Shown here: piece after piece, positions 12,201 through 24,140 of the stretch
Layout: every line of letters begins with the position of its first letter
Position numbering within the stretch: the stretch's first letter is position 1
DNA from: Spirogloea muscicola
Taxonomy: Eukaryota
Direction: 5' to 3'
Assembly (NCBI GenBank): GCA_009602725.1
Contig: WELB01000013.1
Coordinates: 353,855-417,854 of the forward strand
Length of the DNA: 64,000 nt
Notes under the pieces: generated by a model
Told to the model about the DNA's origin: nothing
Database searches by the model: none
What the model saw: only the letters and a program-made list of their open reading frames with translations
Made by a program: the position numbers and the translations under genes

Positions 12201-15200
12201 ACATGCTCTTTGTGAGTATAGACAACGTATACAAATGCCCCAACTGGGAAATGACAGGAATATGTGCAAGGACCAACCTACCCTCGTCTACGTACATGCG
12301 GGGTCCAGGTTCTCTGTCAGATCCAATGGAGCTGCTTGTTTGTGTATGACTGGCCTGCTCTTTGGCGTTCCTCCTCACCATTTGTCAATTTAAGACATAC
12401 AAGCAAGACTGAGCGTATATTTTTGTGATGGTCAAGTTGTCGCTACCTGCAAACAGCCCCATTCAAGCATAACTCTTGCTTCCTGCAGGATATGTTGAAG
12501 CAGTTTTCTTTGCAGAGACTATGATTGAGCATGCAGCAAAAAGCATCAACATGCCAGCCCACGAGTTCAAATACATGAACATGTACGAGAGAGGCGATGT
12601 CATCCCCACGAAGCAGAGTCTAAGTTACTGCAACGCTAAGATGGTGTTTGAGAAAATGAAGGTATCTGTAACGCTAGTGCAACTTTCTCAGGGTTCCTAA
12701 CCAGGAGATCTCCGACCTGCAGAAATGTAGCTTGTGTCGGACTTTACACCCTGTTTGAGTGCAGGCGCTGATGCTATCTGCGAGGTGCAATTTGCATGCT
12801 GGCCCACATCTTAGACAAACAGGTCATAGATGGATGTTATCACCACAAAGAGAAATAGAATGAAAGTCCAGAGCTCATGGTTGAAAATCTCACTTCTGCA
12901 GCCTTCTGCATTGTGTGCTTGCTCCACTCGGACAGAATGACAGCAACTACGAGAGCAGGTCGAAGGATGTGGAAAGGTACAACAATGGCAGTCGATGGGT
13001 GAAGAGGGGCATCAACATGATGCCTGTCAGATTCTCTGCTGCCTGGCATTTCTTGCAATATACAGCGATGGTGAACGTGTACCCAGATGGAAGTGTGGTG
13101 GTGCACCAATCAGGCATCGAATGTGGTCAGGGCCTTGATGTCAAAGTCGCGCAGGTACCTCATTTGTGGCCCCTCCCATTTCGTTCCTGCTCCGTTGGGA
13201 ATACTCGTCTCTTAAGTAAAGAATGCCAATCTTAATTTCCAGCTTTGGAGCTGTTGAAATTGTCTTTTCCTGGCACCATGACCAATAGACTGCTTCCTTG
13301 GCTGGTCCCTGTAGGTAGCAGCGTTGACTCTGGGCATGGCGGCAGGCGGCGGCGTGCCCCTGGAGAAGATTCGGGTCGAAGCTGTTGACACAAATGTTGC
13401 CAGCAATGGTTCCTGTACTGGGGGTTCGGTGACCTCTGAGCTCAATGCCATGGCTGTTCGGGTATTCTTTCCCTATCCAGAGTAAAAGGAGACTTGGGAC
13501 TCAGCAATTACCAGAAGATGATGAAGTTATGAGTCCCAATACGTTGTCAGATATCGTTCAAAGGCTTCACGTTCTAGCCGCAACTATATGGGAGGGGCAC
13601 AGATTGAGCATGGGTGTTCATGAACTCTCTTTGCCGCTTGTCAGGAAGCTTGCAAAATCATCGTAAAGCGTCTCGAGGTTGTTGCTGCCATGATGGCTAT
13701 ACATGGTGGAGATCAGCCAGCATGGGAGGAGCTGGTTTACAATGCTGTTGTTGCAGGGGTAGATCTTCAGGCTCGAAGTCGCATCCATCCCCCCCAAAGC
13801 AAGGATGGCACTTTTCAGTATGTCAATTTGCTGCAATACTTTGTAGTCCTGCTTGGATGCAGTTGTCATGTCAAACCACCACTTGGACCACGGCTCTTGG
13901 GAAAAGATTGGGTTTCCTATCCTCTGGTGTTGAGATCAAACATCTTATTTATACGACCCTTGAACCAGGTACATGTCTTATGGAGCAGCAGTCAGTGAGG
14001 TGGAGGTTGACATACTCACAGGTATGCAACTATCTTGTGGTCCTCACATGCATACTTGTCCTCGCATACATTCTTGACCATGCACAAGGCAACAAAGCTC
14101 TCCACATAATATAAATTTTGAAGGAATTTCAATGAAAGTGGTGAAGATGGTGGAATGGCAATGCTTGCTTGCTCGTTGTGCCACAGAATCTGGACAATTG
14201 AGAGTCTGCATGAGCAATGGAGGAGCATTAGAACGTCCTTGCGATTGGGGCTCCCAACATGCAGAATCTGATGTGCAAATTGGTCTTGGGAAACAGGCGA
14301 CACCCGGATTCTCCGTTCAGATGTATTACTGGATTGTGGCACAAGCTTAAACCCTGCAGTGGATGTAGGACAGGTTGGCAAATGCAAGCTTCCAATGACA
14401 TCTGAGGTCGACAGCTTCTGTAGAGGACGATCACCCCAGAAGCTTAGAGCTATGAAGCGCTCAGCTGACCTTGTCGTCTTTGAGTCAGATGAGACAGGCA
14501 GTTGCTTACAGGCATTTCTGCTGGCATGCAGGTCCATGGAGCGTTCATCATGGGCATCGGCTACTATCTGATGGAGGAATGTGCTTTTGACAATAACACC
14601 GGCAAGGTATATCCAGCAAGCCTGCAGCTCAACTTGCAGCTCAGTGCCCTGCCTTAAGCTGCACTTGGTCCAAGATTGTGCATGAGTATCCCAAGATTGT
14701 GCATGAGTATCCCAAGAGCTATCAACTGCAGAACATTGAAATTTCCAGGGCTCGTGAACCTGCAGTAACCCAACCACTTTGCACGTTGTCAAGGCCAGTC
14801 CTTAAAGACCAGTTCGCAAATGATAAACAATTCAGCAGCTCCTGACACTGTCATAAGCATAGGTCAAGTTTTGTGGGCTTCCATTCAGCTGCTGACTGAT
14901 GACACTTGGGAGTACAAAGTGGCACTGAGCAAGGACATCCCACGAGACTTTAGGGTGGCACTCCTTCGAAATTCAGCAAATCCTTCTGGATTTTTACGCT
15001 CCAAGGTCAGATGCTCAGAGGCATGGAAATATTTACATGTTTCCAAGACACTGTCTTCCTGTTCTTGTACTGTCAATAACACTGAAGTATCCTAGTTCAT
15101 CATGCGTGTGTGACGGCTTTATACCTGGTAGCCGATGCTTGACATCTGACTTGGTTTGACAAAATTCTGGAGAACCTCCTCTTGGACTTGCTGCCAGGTA

Positions 15201-15543
15201 TGTTGGTGACTACCTCGTCTCGTTTCAAGGAACTTGCAAGTAGTGCCTGACGTACTTTTGTATCACTTGATCTCATTCCACACATAAGAGTCGATGTTGA
15301 GCATGCTGTCCACTTGTCATTCGCAATGAGTCGTCATTTCTGGGCATCCAGTGATGATAGCAGTTGATTTCTTGCAGTGTGCTGATAGCGGTCGCAATGG
15401 CATTATCTGCGGCGCGTGCCGAGTCTGGTGATGCCTCGTGGGTGCCTCTCAGCGCACCAGCAACTGTTGAGAAGGTGGCTTTGGCTACGCCTGTCAGTCT
15501 GAAAGACCTTCTGAATGACCTCTCTAACTGCCTTGGGGCTTAG
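6280..15543 (+). CDS. Aldehyde oxidase / xanthine dehydrogenase-like molybdo-flavoenzyme, ~27 exons, possibly defective
   Basis: 2Fe-2S motifs GTKVSCAQGGCGACTV, QCGFCTPG, GNICRCTGYRPI; FAD region VRNVGSVSGNL; Moco motifs GGAYGAK, MRGPG, GIECGQG, TGGSVTSE, SGEPP. Stop TAG 15541-15543. Confidence 0.9.
14689..14716. repeat. Short tandem duplication (21-bp unit CCAAGATTGTGCATGAGTATC) in an intron; first unit begins at ~14670
   Basis: Unit occurs twice plus a partial copy between ~14670 and 14716. Confidence 0.7.
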
Positions 15544-16444
15544 AGAGGAGTTACTGGTCTGCTGTTCTCGCTATTCACTTAGACGAGCTAACTAGAAGCA
15601 CAGGTACTTGGAAGCTTCATCGCTGCAGCCTCACCTTAGCTCATGTAAATAAGTATAGCAATAACACTCTGGTCGGTTTGAAGCCGCATTGGTCACTGTG
15701 AACTGCTGGACGAGAATCTACAACCAGTCAAGAAGCTCCCTTCTGTCATGTTCAACCAACACAAGAAGCAGCAGGTAATTGTGGAGGCTGATCAGTCAAT
15801 GACTGCGATGATCATCAAGGTCCAACCAAGAAGCTAACCTCATAAGCTTTCCTCTCATCTTTACCATTGGTCAAATCTCACTCACGCAGGCAATAGCAGA
15901 GTGAGTGTGCAGGCACACTTGTAGGATGATTGCACACGGCAGCCTAAGGCTAATTGCTCACCCAAAATTGATCAGGTCGAACTGTCGGCAGGGTACTTGC
16001 GGACGTGCCATATTATCAAACCAGTAAGGAACAACACAATCAACCATGAGTAGATGGGCGTCTAGATAAATTGAAAGACGACCGTTGAACATCGACAACA
16101 CTTCAGCAGGTGTGACACGCTTACATCAATGCAAACCTAGACGTTGACAACACCAACTGTACAGCAATGGTTGCTACCTGGCCGATGCAGCCAACGCTGG
16201 AGAGCACTGCCTTCAGACACATCCAAAAGGAAACCTGGTATGAACTTTCAGACCACACAAACCCCGTCCCCATTCTCACGCTTGCTCGCGGCAATGTGCG
16301 CTACTGCTCAATGCTGCTTCAGGGCCCTGCAGGGATGAAGAAGTGAGCTCTACCAGAGGGGGCGAGTGCTATGACAATCGACAACAAGGTCCGAAAGGGT
16401 CGAAAAGTGCTGAAAGACAGAAATTATTACTTAGTGACCTCTAC

Positions 16445-16550
16445 TTATCGGCCGCAAGTCACAAAAGACTAGCCGCCGGAAAGCAGTCACCTTGACGAAA
16501 GCCAGAGGCTGCAGCTAGAGCACGGCCAGCACAAAGCACGCAGTTGCAAG
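16445..16550 (-). mobile_element. 3' fragment of an RLE-type (CRE-like) non-LTR retrotransposon
   Basis: Minus strand encodes AGRALAAASGFRQGDCFPAASL, matching the C-terminus of the longer copy at 23154-23690. Confidence 0.7.
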
Positions 16551-17719
16551 GCGTTGGCCCGAAATGGGATGCCGAATAGCTCCCCCGCAGGGCAGGTGCC
16601 AGGAACGTGGCGGGCAAGCGGGCGGCTGCCGTCAGCGGTGAGGGGCGGCAGTCGCCGGCGCCCTTTGGGGCGTTGACCGCGGGCGCCGTCCCCCGACGGC
16701 GGGAAACCATAAGAAGAGGAGAAGACGCCCGGTGCTCATGAAATTGAAAGGGAGGCCAATACTAGCCTTACAAATAATGTCCAGTTAACTGGGTGATGAG
16801 CTGGCTAGGGGGGACACTATTATCCCCGAGTGAGCACAAGCATTAGTTGACAAGCTATACGGAGGCGCCAAAAGCAGCGACTGTTGAAGGAGCAGCTCGT
16901 TGGGGAGCTGGCCGTCGCAGCCGAGAGCTACCCGACCGTGAGGAGGCGATCGCCCCGCATCCCGGCCACTCGCCGTGGCCGCTGGCCAGACGGAGACCGC
17001 CGCCGCCGCCGCCGCCAGAGACGGCGGCGACGGCTGCGCGCCAGCGTCGGCGCTCCATGCTCTGCTCAGGTGCGAGGCCCCTTCTCCACTCCCAGCTTTT
17101 GGCACAATGCCGCAGAGAGCTGAAGCTGAGTGGCGGCTACTGCCTTTATGAGGCCCTGCGTGGCGGCTCGATCGGCCACCTACGGACCCTGCATTCCCCG
17201 TCAGACGCGTCTCTCTGAGCTGAGAGCGTGTCGCGTGAACGCGTGCAGCAGCAGTCACCCTGCCTGCTGCGGCTTCACCTTTGGCATAGCTCCATCACTC
17301 TTCATGAGCAAGCATTGCTCTGGAGAAGTGAATCCTTGCCAGGAAATCTACGCTGCCTCCTGCAGCTGCTGGACTGAGACTGACAGACTGTACCTTGACT
17401 CCATCCGCTGTGTCTCCCCCTGCGATTGTAAGCATGTTGCAAAGATGTGTAGTTAACAATGTAGCTTATATACTGCAGGCATGGGGATGCCTTGTGACCC
17501 CGAGTTCCTGCCAAGGGAGACGACTTAGAGCTCACGTATCAGGTCTAGAGGCAGTAACTTTTGAACTTTGTGCACCTTCTGGCAGCAGTAGCTTTCATTC
17601 ACGACTCTGGCCCCAACTTCACCCAATTAACTACGTTAGCTAAATGTGGGAACACTGATAATCTGAAATCTGAGTCACAATACGCCTTGTGCAAGTCGCA
17701 GAGTATCTTGCACAGCAAG

Positions 17720-20483
17720 ATGGCACACTTTCTTCTTGCCGCTCTTGCTATCAACATCTTCATGACAACCATAGGTCCAAATGCAAAACATCTCTCACTA
17801 GCGAATGTTACAACTAGCATGCCTCCTGCTATCAAAATTCGTAATTGCCAACATTGGAGATCAGGCTCAGGCTGAGGCATGTGGTTGATGTCAAAGCAGC
17901 TGCAATGTAGACATTTGCTGTCAGCGGCAGCCCAACATATTGAAGCCGAAGACCTTAGCTCCAGCAGTGCACTGCTCAGTTGTTATGCTTCATGCACCTT
18001 ATGGTCCTTACTGTGTCAGACGCACGTACTTCATGGCTTGCAGGAGCACAATCACCTGTGGACATCACATCTCGAATACTGAGTCAGATAGGTGCTGCTG
18101 AATCAGCTCTCACAAGCTTTGTCACCCTCTCCATACCTGTGGCAGACTGCCAGGTGTGCCCGAGTTGCTGCGCAGTGTGTAGCCTCACGCGAGCTCTGCA
18201 CTCTTATCTACGTTATTGATCTTATGCAGCTGTCGGAGGCTGGCTGCATGTCAGTACAAAATCTGCCTCTGTGGTCTGCATGCAGGAAGCTGTGCCTGCC
18301 ACCTTAGGGGATCTTGATCAGACAATCTCTTTCCTGAACATCAAGAGCATCGGCCATGCTTACCAAAGCCTGCTGGCTGCGCAAACGGAGGTGAGATCCT
18401 CAATGGCTTCACTTTACTTCACTAACTACCACTTTGTCAGAGCTGTGGAGAGCATCTGATGTACGCTAAGAAGCAAAAACTGGACCTCAAATGCAAAGGA
18501 GGAGGCAAGCTAAGGAGACAACAAGGGCGCTCACTGCTTTGCAGACCCAGCTGTGTGCGAGCGCGCTCGCCGGCTTCCAGGGCCCCACTGCTGCATACGC
18601 CAGGTACTTCATCAACACGGCAGCTGTGGACATTGCCGGCGTCGCCAGCCTCCTGCCCCAGCTCGGGAGCGTTGTGCTGACCCCCAACCCACCGCCGCCG
18701 CCCATTCCTCCACCACTACCACCAATGCCTCCTCCCCCCCCTGGAACACTCCTGCCTCCTCCATCTCCGCCGCCTCCGCCGCTTCTGCTGCCTCCGCCGC
18801 CTCCGCAGCTTCCGCCGCCTCCGCCGCCGCTGCTTGTGTCGCCTCCACCAGGAGCTCCCCTGCCGCCCTCATCCCCAAGGCCCACGGGCCACCATAAGCC
18901 GCTCCCACCACCGTCGCCGCCACCTCCTCCCAGACCGCCTCCAAGGCCTCCTCCTCTGTCTCCACCGCCCCCCCCGAGCCCTCCGCCACTATTCCCGATC
19001 CTCCCTGCCACACCTCCGCCCCCACCAGATTGCCCTTTCCGAGCTCTGGGGGCAGGGCAGAACTTGGTCAAATGCGCCATGGGTTTTGCCACTGGCACTC
19101 GTGGTGGCTACCAAAAGACGAGATACGTGGTCACGGACCCCTCCGACAATGCTCAAACAGTCAAAGAAGGGACGCTGCGCTGGGGCATAGCTAATCTGGA
19201 TAAGGGAGTGTATATTACGTTCGCCAGGTCCATGACCATCACCCTCCAGGCAAGGCTGTTCCTCAGCTCGTACACCACCGTTGACGGAAGGGGGGCTAAG
19301 GTGGTGCTACTGAAGAATGGTCTTGTTGTGGAGAACATCCAGCATGTTATCATTCACAACATAGAGGTCGGAGACGTGCTCGGTGACAGTGATGTAATAC
19401 CAATCAGAAGCTCCAGGCAAGTACTATTGTCTTTGTCGACTTGCAGTGGAAGCGATGATTTATTGTGCTGGAAAATTAACGACTCACTATAATTTCTCCA
19501 AGCTGATGCGAGAGCAACTCAAGTTGGACATTGACATCAGGATGATGTTCCTGCAATCATAATGCAACTTCAGGATGGTCTGGGTGGACCACTGTCGCAT
19601 CTACAATGCATCCCGAGGTACCGTTGACGTCGTTATCGGCAGCACAGACGTGACTATCTCAAATAATTTCATCCACAACGGCGTCTCCCCGTATGCAACC
19701 CTTCTAGGAGCCTCGGACACGGTATGAGATGGTTTGATGCACTGTTTGTGTAGCCTTGACATGTGGATGGATGAAGTTCATCCATGTCCTATAGTCTTGG
19801 TCTTACATCGTACCACACCAATTCAGAAGCAAGGGGCAGCTGTCATCATTTTCAGCATTTGTTGACTCAGACAATATCGAGAGAGCTGTTTCATTGTGGT
19901 GCAGGACCGCATTGACAACAACCTAAGAGTAACTGTCTACAGAAATTGGTATGCCAACAACAACCAGCGGCAGCCCCACTGCCGGCGGGGCAGGTGCCAT
20001 GTTGCCAATAACGTGTACACCAATTGGGCTTACTATTGCCTTGGTGGCCGTGTGTTTGCAAATATGAAGTCCCAAAGCAACATATACTTTGCTGGTGAGC
20101 TACTTGCTCGAGACTTGCCTTATGCATGGGCTCCATGTTCTAGATTGGAGCTCTTCAAGCCCATAAGTATGCAACCTACCTCCAACGCCCTTGTGAATCT
20201 AGACATCAGGTAGTGACTGCTTACAGACATTTTGTTGCCTGTTGGCTACTGCGCAGGGCCCGTTACGAAGGAAGTGACGCCGTGGTTCAGTAAAGCCCTC
20301 ACCACGCCCGGGTTTGACCGCACCGCCACCATTCTCTCCTTTGGTGACCTACTCCTTAATGGGGCCACCTTCCACCAGTTTCCGGGAACTACGTTTACAA
20401 CGCCTTACCAGCTTCCCCTTCATGTTGCGGACTACACGCTCCTCAAATTTGTCATGATAAATGTCGGTCCTCATACAAGCTAA
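17720..20483 (+). CDS. Secreted pectate lyase (PL1) with N-terminal PMEI-like domain and Pro-rich linker
   Basis: Signal-like MAHFLLAALAINIF; exons 18044-18153, 18286-18390, 18545-19416; PL1 motifs GFATGTRGG, YVVTDPSD, EGTLRWG, TTVDGRGA, WVDH, TDVTISNN, RQPHCR, HVANN; stop TAA 20481-20483. Start exon less certain. Confidence 0.88.
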
Positions 20484-21339
20484 CAATCCGTACATGGTAC
20501 TCCTGTGCTTACAGCTTATTGGGCTTTTGCCAGCAGCTTGAAGGGGCCTTTGTATTGATCTCAATGTAGGACAAGGTCCTCAAATTAGATTAAGGACTAG
20601 CAAGGTCCTCAAGAAGATTGAGGACTAGCAGGATCTCCTTACTTTCAAGCTTTCTAGGACAATTCAGAAGCATGCACTCATGCGTTTCTACCAGCATCAG
20701 CTTCAACAATTGTCAAGCGTGAGGGCGCTTTGGCATTACAGCGCATTTCAGCCCTTTCAGACCTTGTCAACTCATTCTTTTTGGCTTTCACAGCCCTTGC
20801 CAACTCTGGATCAGCTCACTTGCTTTTCTTGTAGATTCCTCTGCCTTGCATTGGAAGAGCTATGTTGAGGCCCTCTCCTGGAAGCGTCGTTCTTCTACAC
20901 TGGAGCCAAAGCATGCAAATACGTGTTTAAGACCGGGAGTAAGAAGAACATCTGACAGGTAAGAAGGTAACAAAATGGACCTCACAACTGAAGTGGGACT
21001 TTAGTCAGACCTTGTCCATTTCTTTGGGCGGGCCTCTCGCAGCCATTGCTGTCAATTTGGAATAGCTGTTTCCTTCCTAGTACCCGATGAGAAACAGCTC
21101 TTCCGATGGAAAGAGAGGAAGACTTTTTCATTAGAGGGCGATGGCTATGATTGGCCAGCCGGGACAGAAGGATATTAGGCAAATGGCTGTGAGAGGCCAG
21201 CCTAGAAGAGATGAATAAGAGGGACATATTTCCAGCAGATTGGCGATGGCTTTCATCGGCCAGCCCAGGAAGAAGAAGAAAGAATGAACAAGGTCTGTGA
21301 GGGCTGGGGGTGTGCTGGGCGCTGAATGCCTCCTAGCCA

Positions 21340-21898
21340 CTTTTGTCTATGTGCCTACAGCGGTCCCAGGCGATTGCTCTGCATCGCCGGGCTCGTCGCG
21401 CCCTTGCAGCAGCCTCTGGCTTGCGCAGCGGGGTTGTTCTTCCTCCCCCGAGGGATAGTTTGGGGATAGTTTCCCGGCAGCTAGTCTGTCGGGAAACTAT
21501 CCCCAGCAGCCCTAAACCCGGCAGCTAGTCTGTCGGATGTGAAGCTCCTCACTCGTAACTACTAAGCGGTCCATCCTCCCCCGTTCTGCGCTAGCCTCTT
21601 CAGGCCCCGCAGTCGCTGCTTAGCTCGTAATTTGGCCCCTTCGAACCTTGTCAATTCTTTTCGGGCTGGCTTCTCACAGCCCTTGCCCCCATTGGGAGAG
21701 CCACTTCTTCTTTCTAGTCTGTCGTATTTGCGGCTCCTCACTCGTAACTCCTGAGTGGTTCATCCTCCCCCGTTCTGCCATAGCCTCTTCAGGCCCCGAA
21801 GTCGCTGCTTAGCTCGTAGTTTGGCCCCTACGAACCTTGTCAATTCTTTTTGGGCTGGCTTCTCACAGCCCTTGCCCCCATTGGGAGAGCCACTTCTT
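21340..21898 (+). mobile_element. Tandem 5'-truncated CRE-like retrotransposon 3' ends
   Basis: LQRSQAIALHRRARRALAAASGLR followed by two near-identical ~185-bp blocks (~21525-21710 and ~21713-21898), each ending GAGCCACTTCTT. Confidence 0.8.
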
Positions 21899-22228
21899 TC
21901 TCCCCTCAGCTCATCTGACTTCCCTCCTGTAGACACGGGGGTACTAAGGGCCGATTTACACCGGGACGGACGGAGGGACGGAGGGGTACGTGTCGCGCAG
22001 TGTATGGAACGCCCGGCTTCACAACCTTGCGCGCCCGGACGCGGACGCGCGCCACGGAGGCGCCACATTGGCCGCTGACTAGGACGCCTCTTGCCCCCGT
22101 TTAGGACGAAACGGCTCTGTTTGCCACGAGGGCGGACGGAACTGGGCCCTCCTCTCGAGGAGGGCCGACCCCCGCCGCCCGCGTCCACCCCCTTCGGCCT
22201 GCCCGATAATGGACAGCACCCTCCCAAA

Positions 22229-22759
22229 TGTAAGGTACACCGCCCTACACACGCAGTTAGGGTGAGCAGTCCTTGAGTTCGGCTTTAGGGACCAACCCAC
22301 TACACAGGCAAAGCACTAGCGCATAGGCGCAGCGGAAGACAGACCCCGTGGCGCCGCCGTCCGGCGGCGACTCCACCTTCTGGGCGCAGGCCGGCGCAGC
22401 AGGCCCCGCAGCAGAGTGCGGCGGCGGCTGCGGCGGCGAGCAGCGGCAAGGCTGCTCCTGGGCTTCACCGGTTCGAACTCCTTCGAGCCTCAGCCCCAAG
22501 GCTCTTCGTGCTTCCCCCGTGCCACCCCCCCTCCAGGGGTGTGAGCGGGTCGCCCCAAGGCCTGCCCTTGCGGCGGGCCCAAGGTCTGCCCTTGCGGCGG
22601 GCCCAAGGTCCCTCCTTGGCAGGGTGGAACCTGGCGAGGGTTAGTCCAGGACGGGCGGGAGTTGCTCGCACCTGGGCGGCCCACTTGTCCATCAAGCGGC
22701 TAGCGGTCATGTAACGCTAACAGCACCGTGTGGCATAACCAAACGGCTGGATCGTTACA
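22229..22759 (-). mobile_element. 3' LTR of a Ty3/Gypsy element
   Basis: On the minus strand it starts TGTAAC and ends CTTACA, directly after a polypurine tract GAGTGGGGAGGTA (22760-22772). Related sequence recurs at ~61620-61890 and 63862-64000. Confidence 0.8.
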
Positions 22760-22899
22760 TACCTCCCCACTCTGGTGTTCACGTCCTCGGGAACAACGAG
22801 AGAACAGCCGACAGGTTTTACGCCCGACGGATGCGGCCTCGACCAAGCCTAGGGATTTATCACCCCACCCTTGGCCAAGTGTTCCAAAAGTGCAGGCGG

Positions 22900-23015
22900 A
22901 AAATGTGCCAGATTGGCCGCAGGCTGCACGTGTGCTCAGGCCCATACCCGAGCCACTTCACCAGACTCGTGGGTCTTGGATGAGGTGGTTTTTACGCCGC
23001 AGCGAGAGCAACCAT
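22900..23015 (-). pseudogene. Degenerate chromodomain of a chromovirus integrase
   Basis: Minus strand reads LVKWLGYGPEHT then, frameshifted, QPAANLAH, ~140 bp upstream of the PPT and LTR. Confidence 0.75.
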
Positions 23016-23129
23016 TCCCCTCCATAGCTGGCTTCTCCAAGCCTCTCATGGGACGGATGTTCAGCCCTCGGGCCGAAACTCCTCCGGGTCCCTCTCTGCG
23101 TCAGCAGATACTCCCGCCTCAAGCAGGTA

Positions 23130-23780
23130 GCGCTTGCCCAATACACAGTTGCGATGGAGAATACGTCTGTCATGCCCATCCTCCAGAGGGCCGACGGACT
23201 CCACACGCGCCGCGTCGACCTGGTGGCGTCCACGACGGGCGGCGGCGGGCGCATCATTGCCGATGTGGTCACCACTGATGTGGTCGACCGCTCCAACCCG
23301 GGGCTTTCTGCCTCGCGGGCTGGCCACGCTGCGGCGAAAGCCGCTCGCAGCAAGGCGGCCAAACACGCCGACCACCCGGCTGCTGATGAGTTCGTCCCCC
23401 TGGCTGTGGACGTGCACGGGGCTCTCGGATCCCACTGGCTCGACCTGTTGGCCAAGCTTGCACGGCGCGCTGTGTCCCGCAGGCGCGGTGAGCCGGCTGA
23501 CTTCAACGCCGCTGGCTCGTGGGCTCAGGTGTATCGTATGCGCTTGTCCGTCTCCCTCCAGCGGTCCATGGCCCACGCCTTGCATCTGCGTGCTGGCCGT
23601 GCTCTCGCTGCGGCCTCCAGCTTTCGTCAGGGGGATAGTTTCCCGGCAGCTAGTCTGTCGGATGTGAGGCTCCTCACTCGTAATTACGGAGTGGTCCATC
23701 CTCCCCCGTTCTGCCATAGCCTCTTCAGGCCCCGAAGTCGCTGCTTAGCTCGTACTTTGGCCCCTTCGAACCTTGTCAAT
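23130..23780 (+). mobile_element. 5'-truncated CRE-like non-LTR retrotransposon (restriction-like endonuclease region plus 3' UTR)
   Basis: ORF 23154-23792 has RRVDLV...IIADVVTTD (PD-D type core), FVPLAVDVHGALG and YRMRLSVSLQR, typical of RLE-clade C-termini. Confidence 0.8.
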
Positions 23781-23784
23781 ACAC

Positions 23785-24140
23785 TTGGATAAGTGTTCAG
23801 CACCTTCCTGGCGTGCTCCACCAGCTGGGGCAAGTTGGCAAGGGCTGCGAAGTTGCGGACTCCACCGCCCCACTTTCGCATCGGCTCGGACAGCCCAGCC
23901 TCAAATCGCTGCCACTGATTGACAGCCTTCATAGGCTCGTTGCGCAGCTTAGAGACCAGCAGCCTCAATTGCCGCACTTGGTCCGAAAAGTCTCTGCGCA
24001 TACGAATAGCATCAGCTCATTACGAGCCTTCAGCTCCCCATAAATCTCACCACACACCTTGGTGAGCGAGCTCGAGAAGCACTTCCAGGTGTTGCACACC
24101 TCTGGCATGGAGGTCTTCTTCATGGAGTCCCACCACAGGG
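23785..24140 (-). pseudogene. Degenerate retrotransposon gag fragment
   Basis: Frameshifted minus ORFs TWKCFSSSLTKVCG...KARNELML and QRFEAGLSEPMR resemble gag (W..F...L, AR..L, RF..GL); same orientation as the chromodomain and LTR. Confidence 0.5.

Noticed and set aside
17130..17456. Cys-rich 108-aa ORF upstream of the pectate lyase
   Set aside because: No recognisable cysteine pattern or signal peptide; TGC-rich non-coding DNA gives such ORFs throughout the window.
21618..21650. tRNA-like A box (TAGCTCGTAATTTGG) and B box (TTCGAACC) in the retroelement tail
   Set aside because: The boxes are only a few nucleotides apart and there is no cloverleaf.
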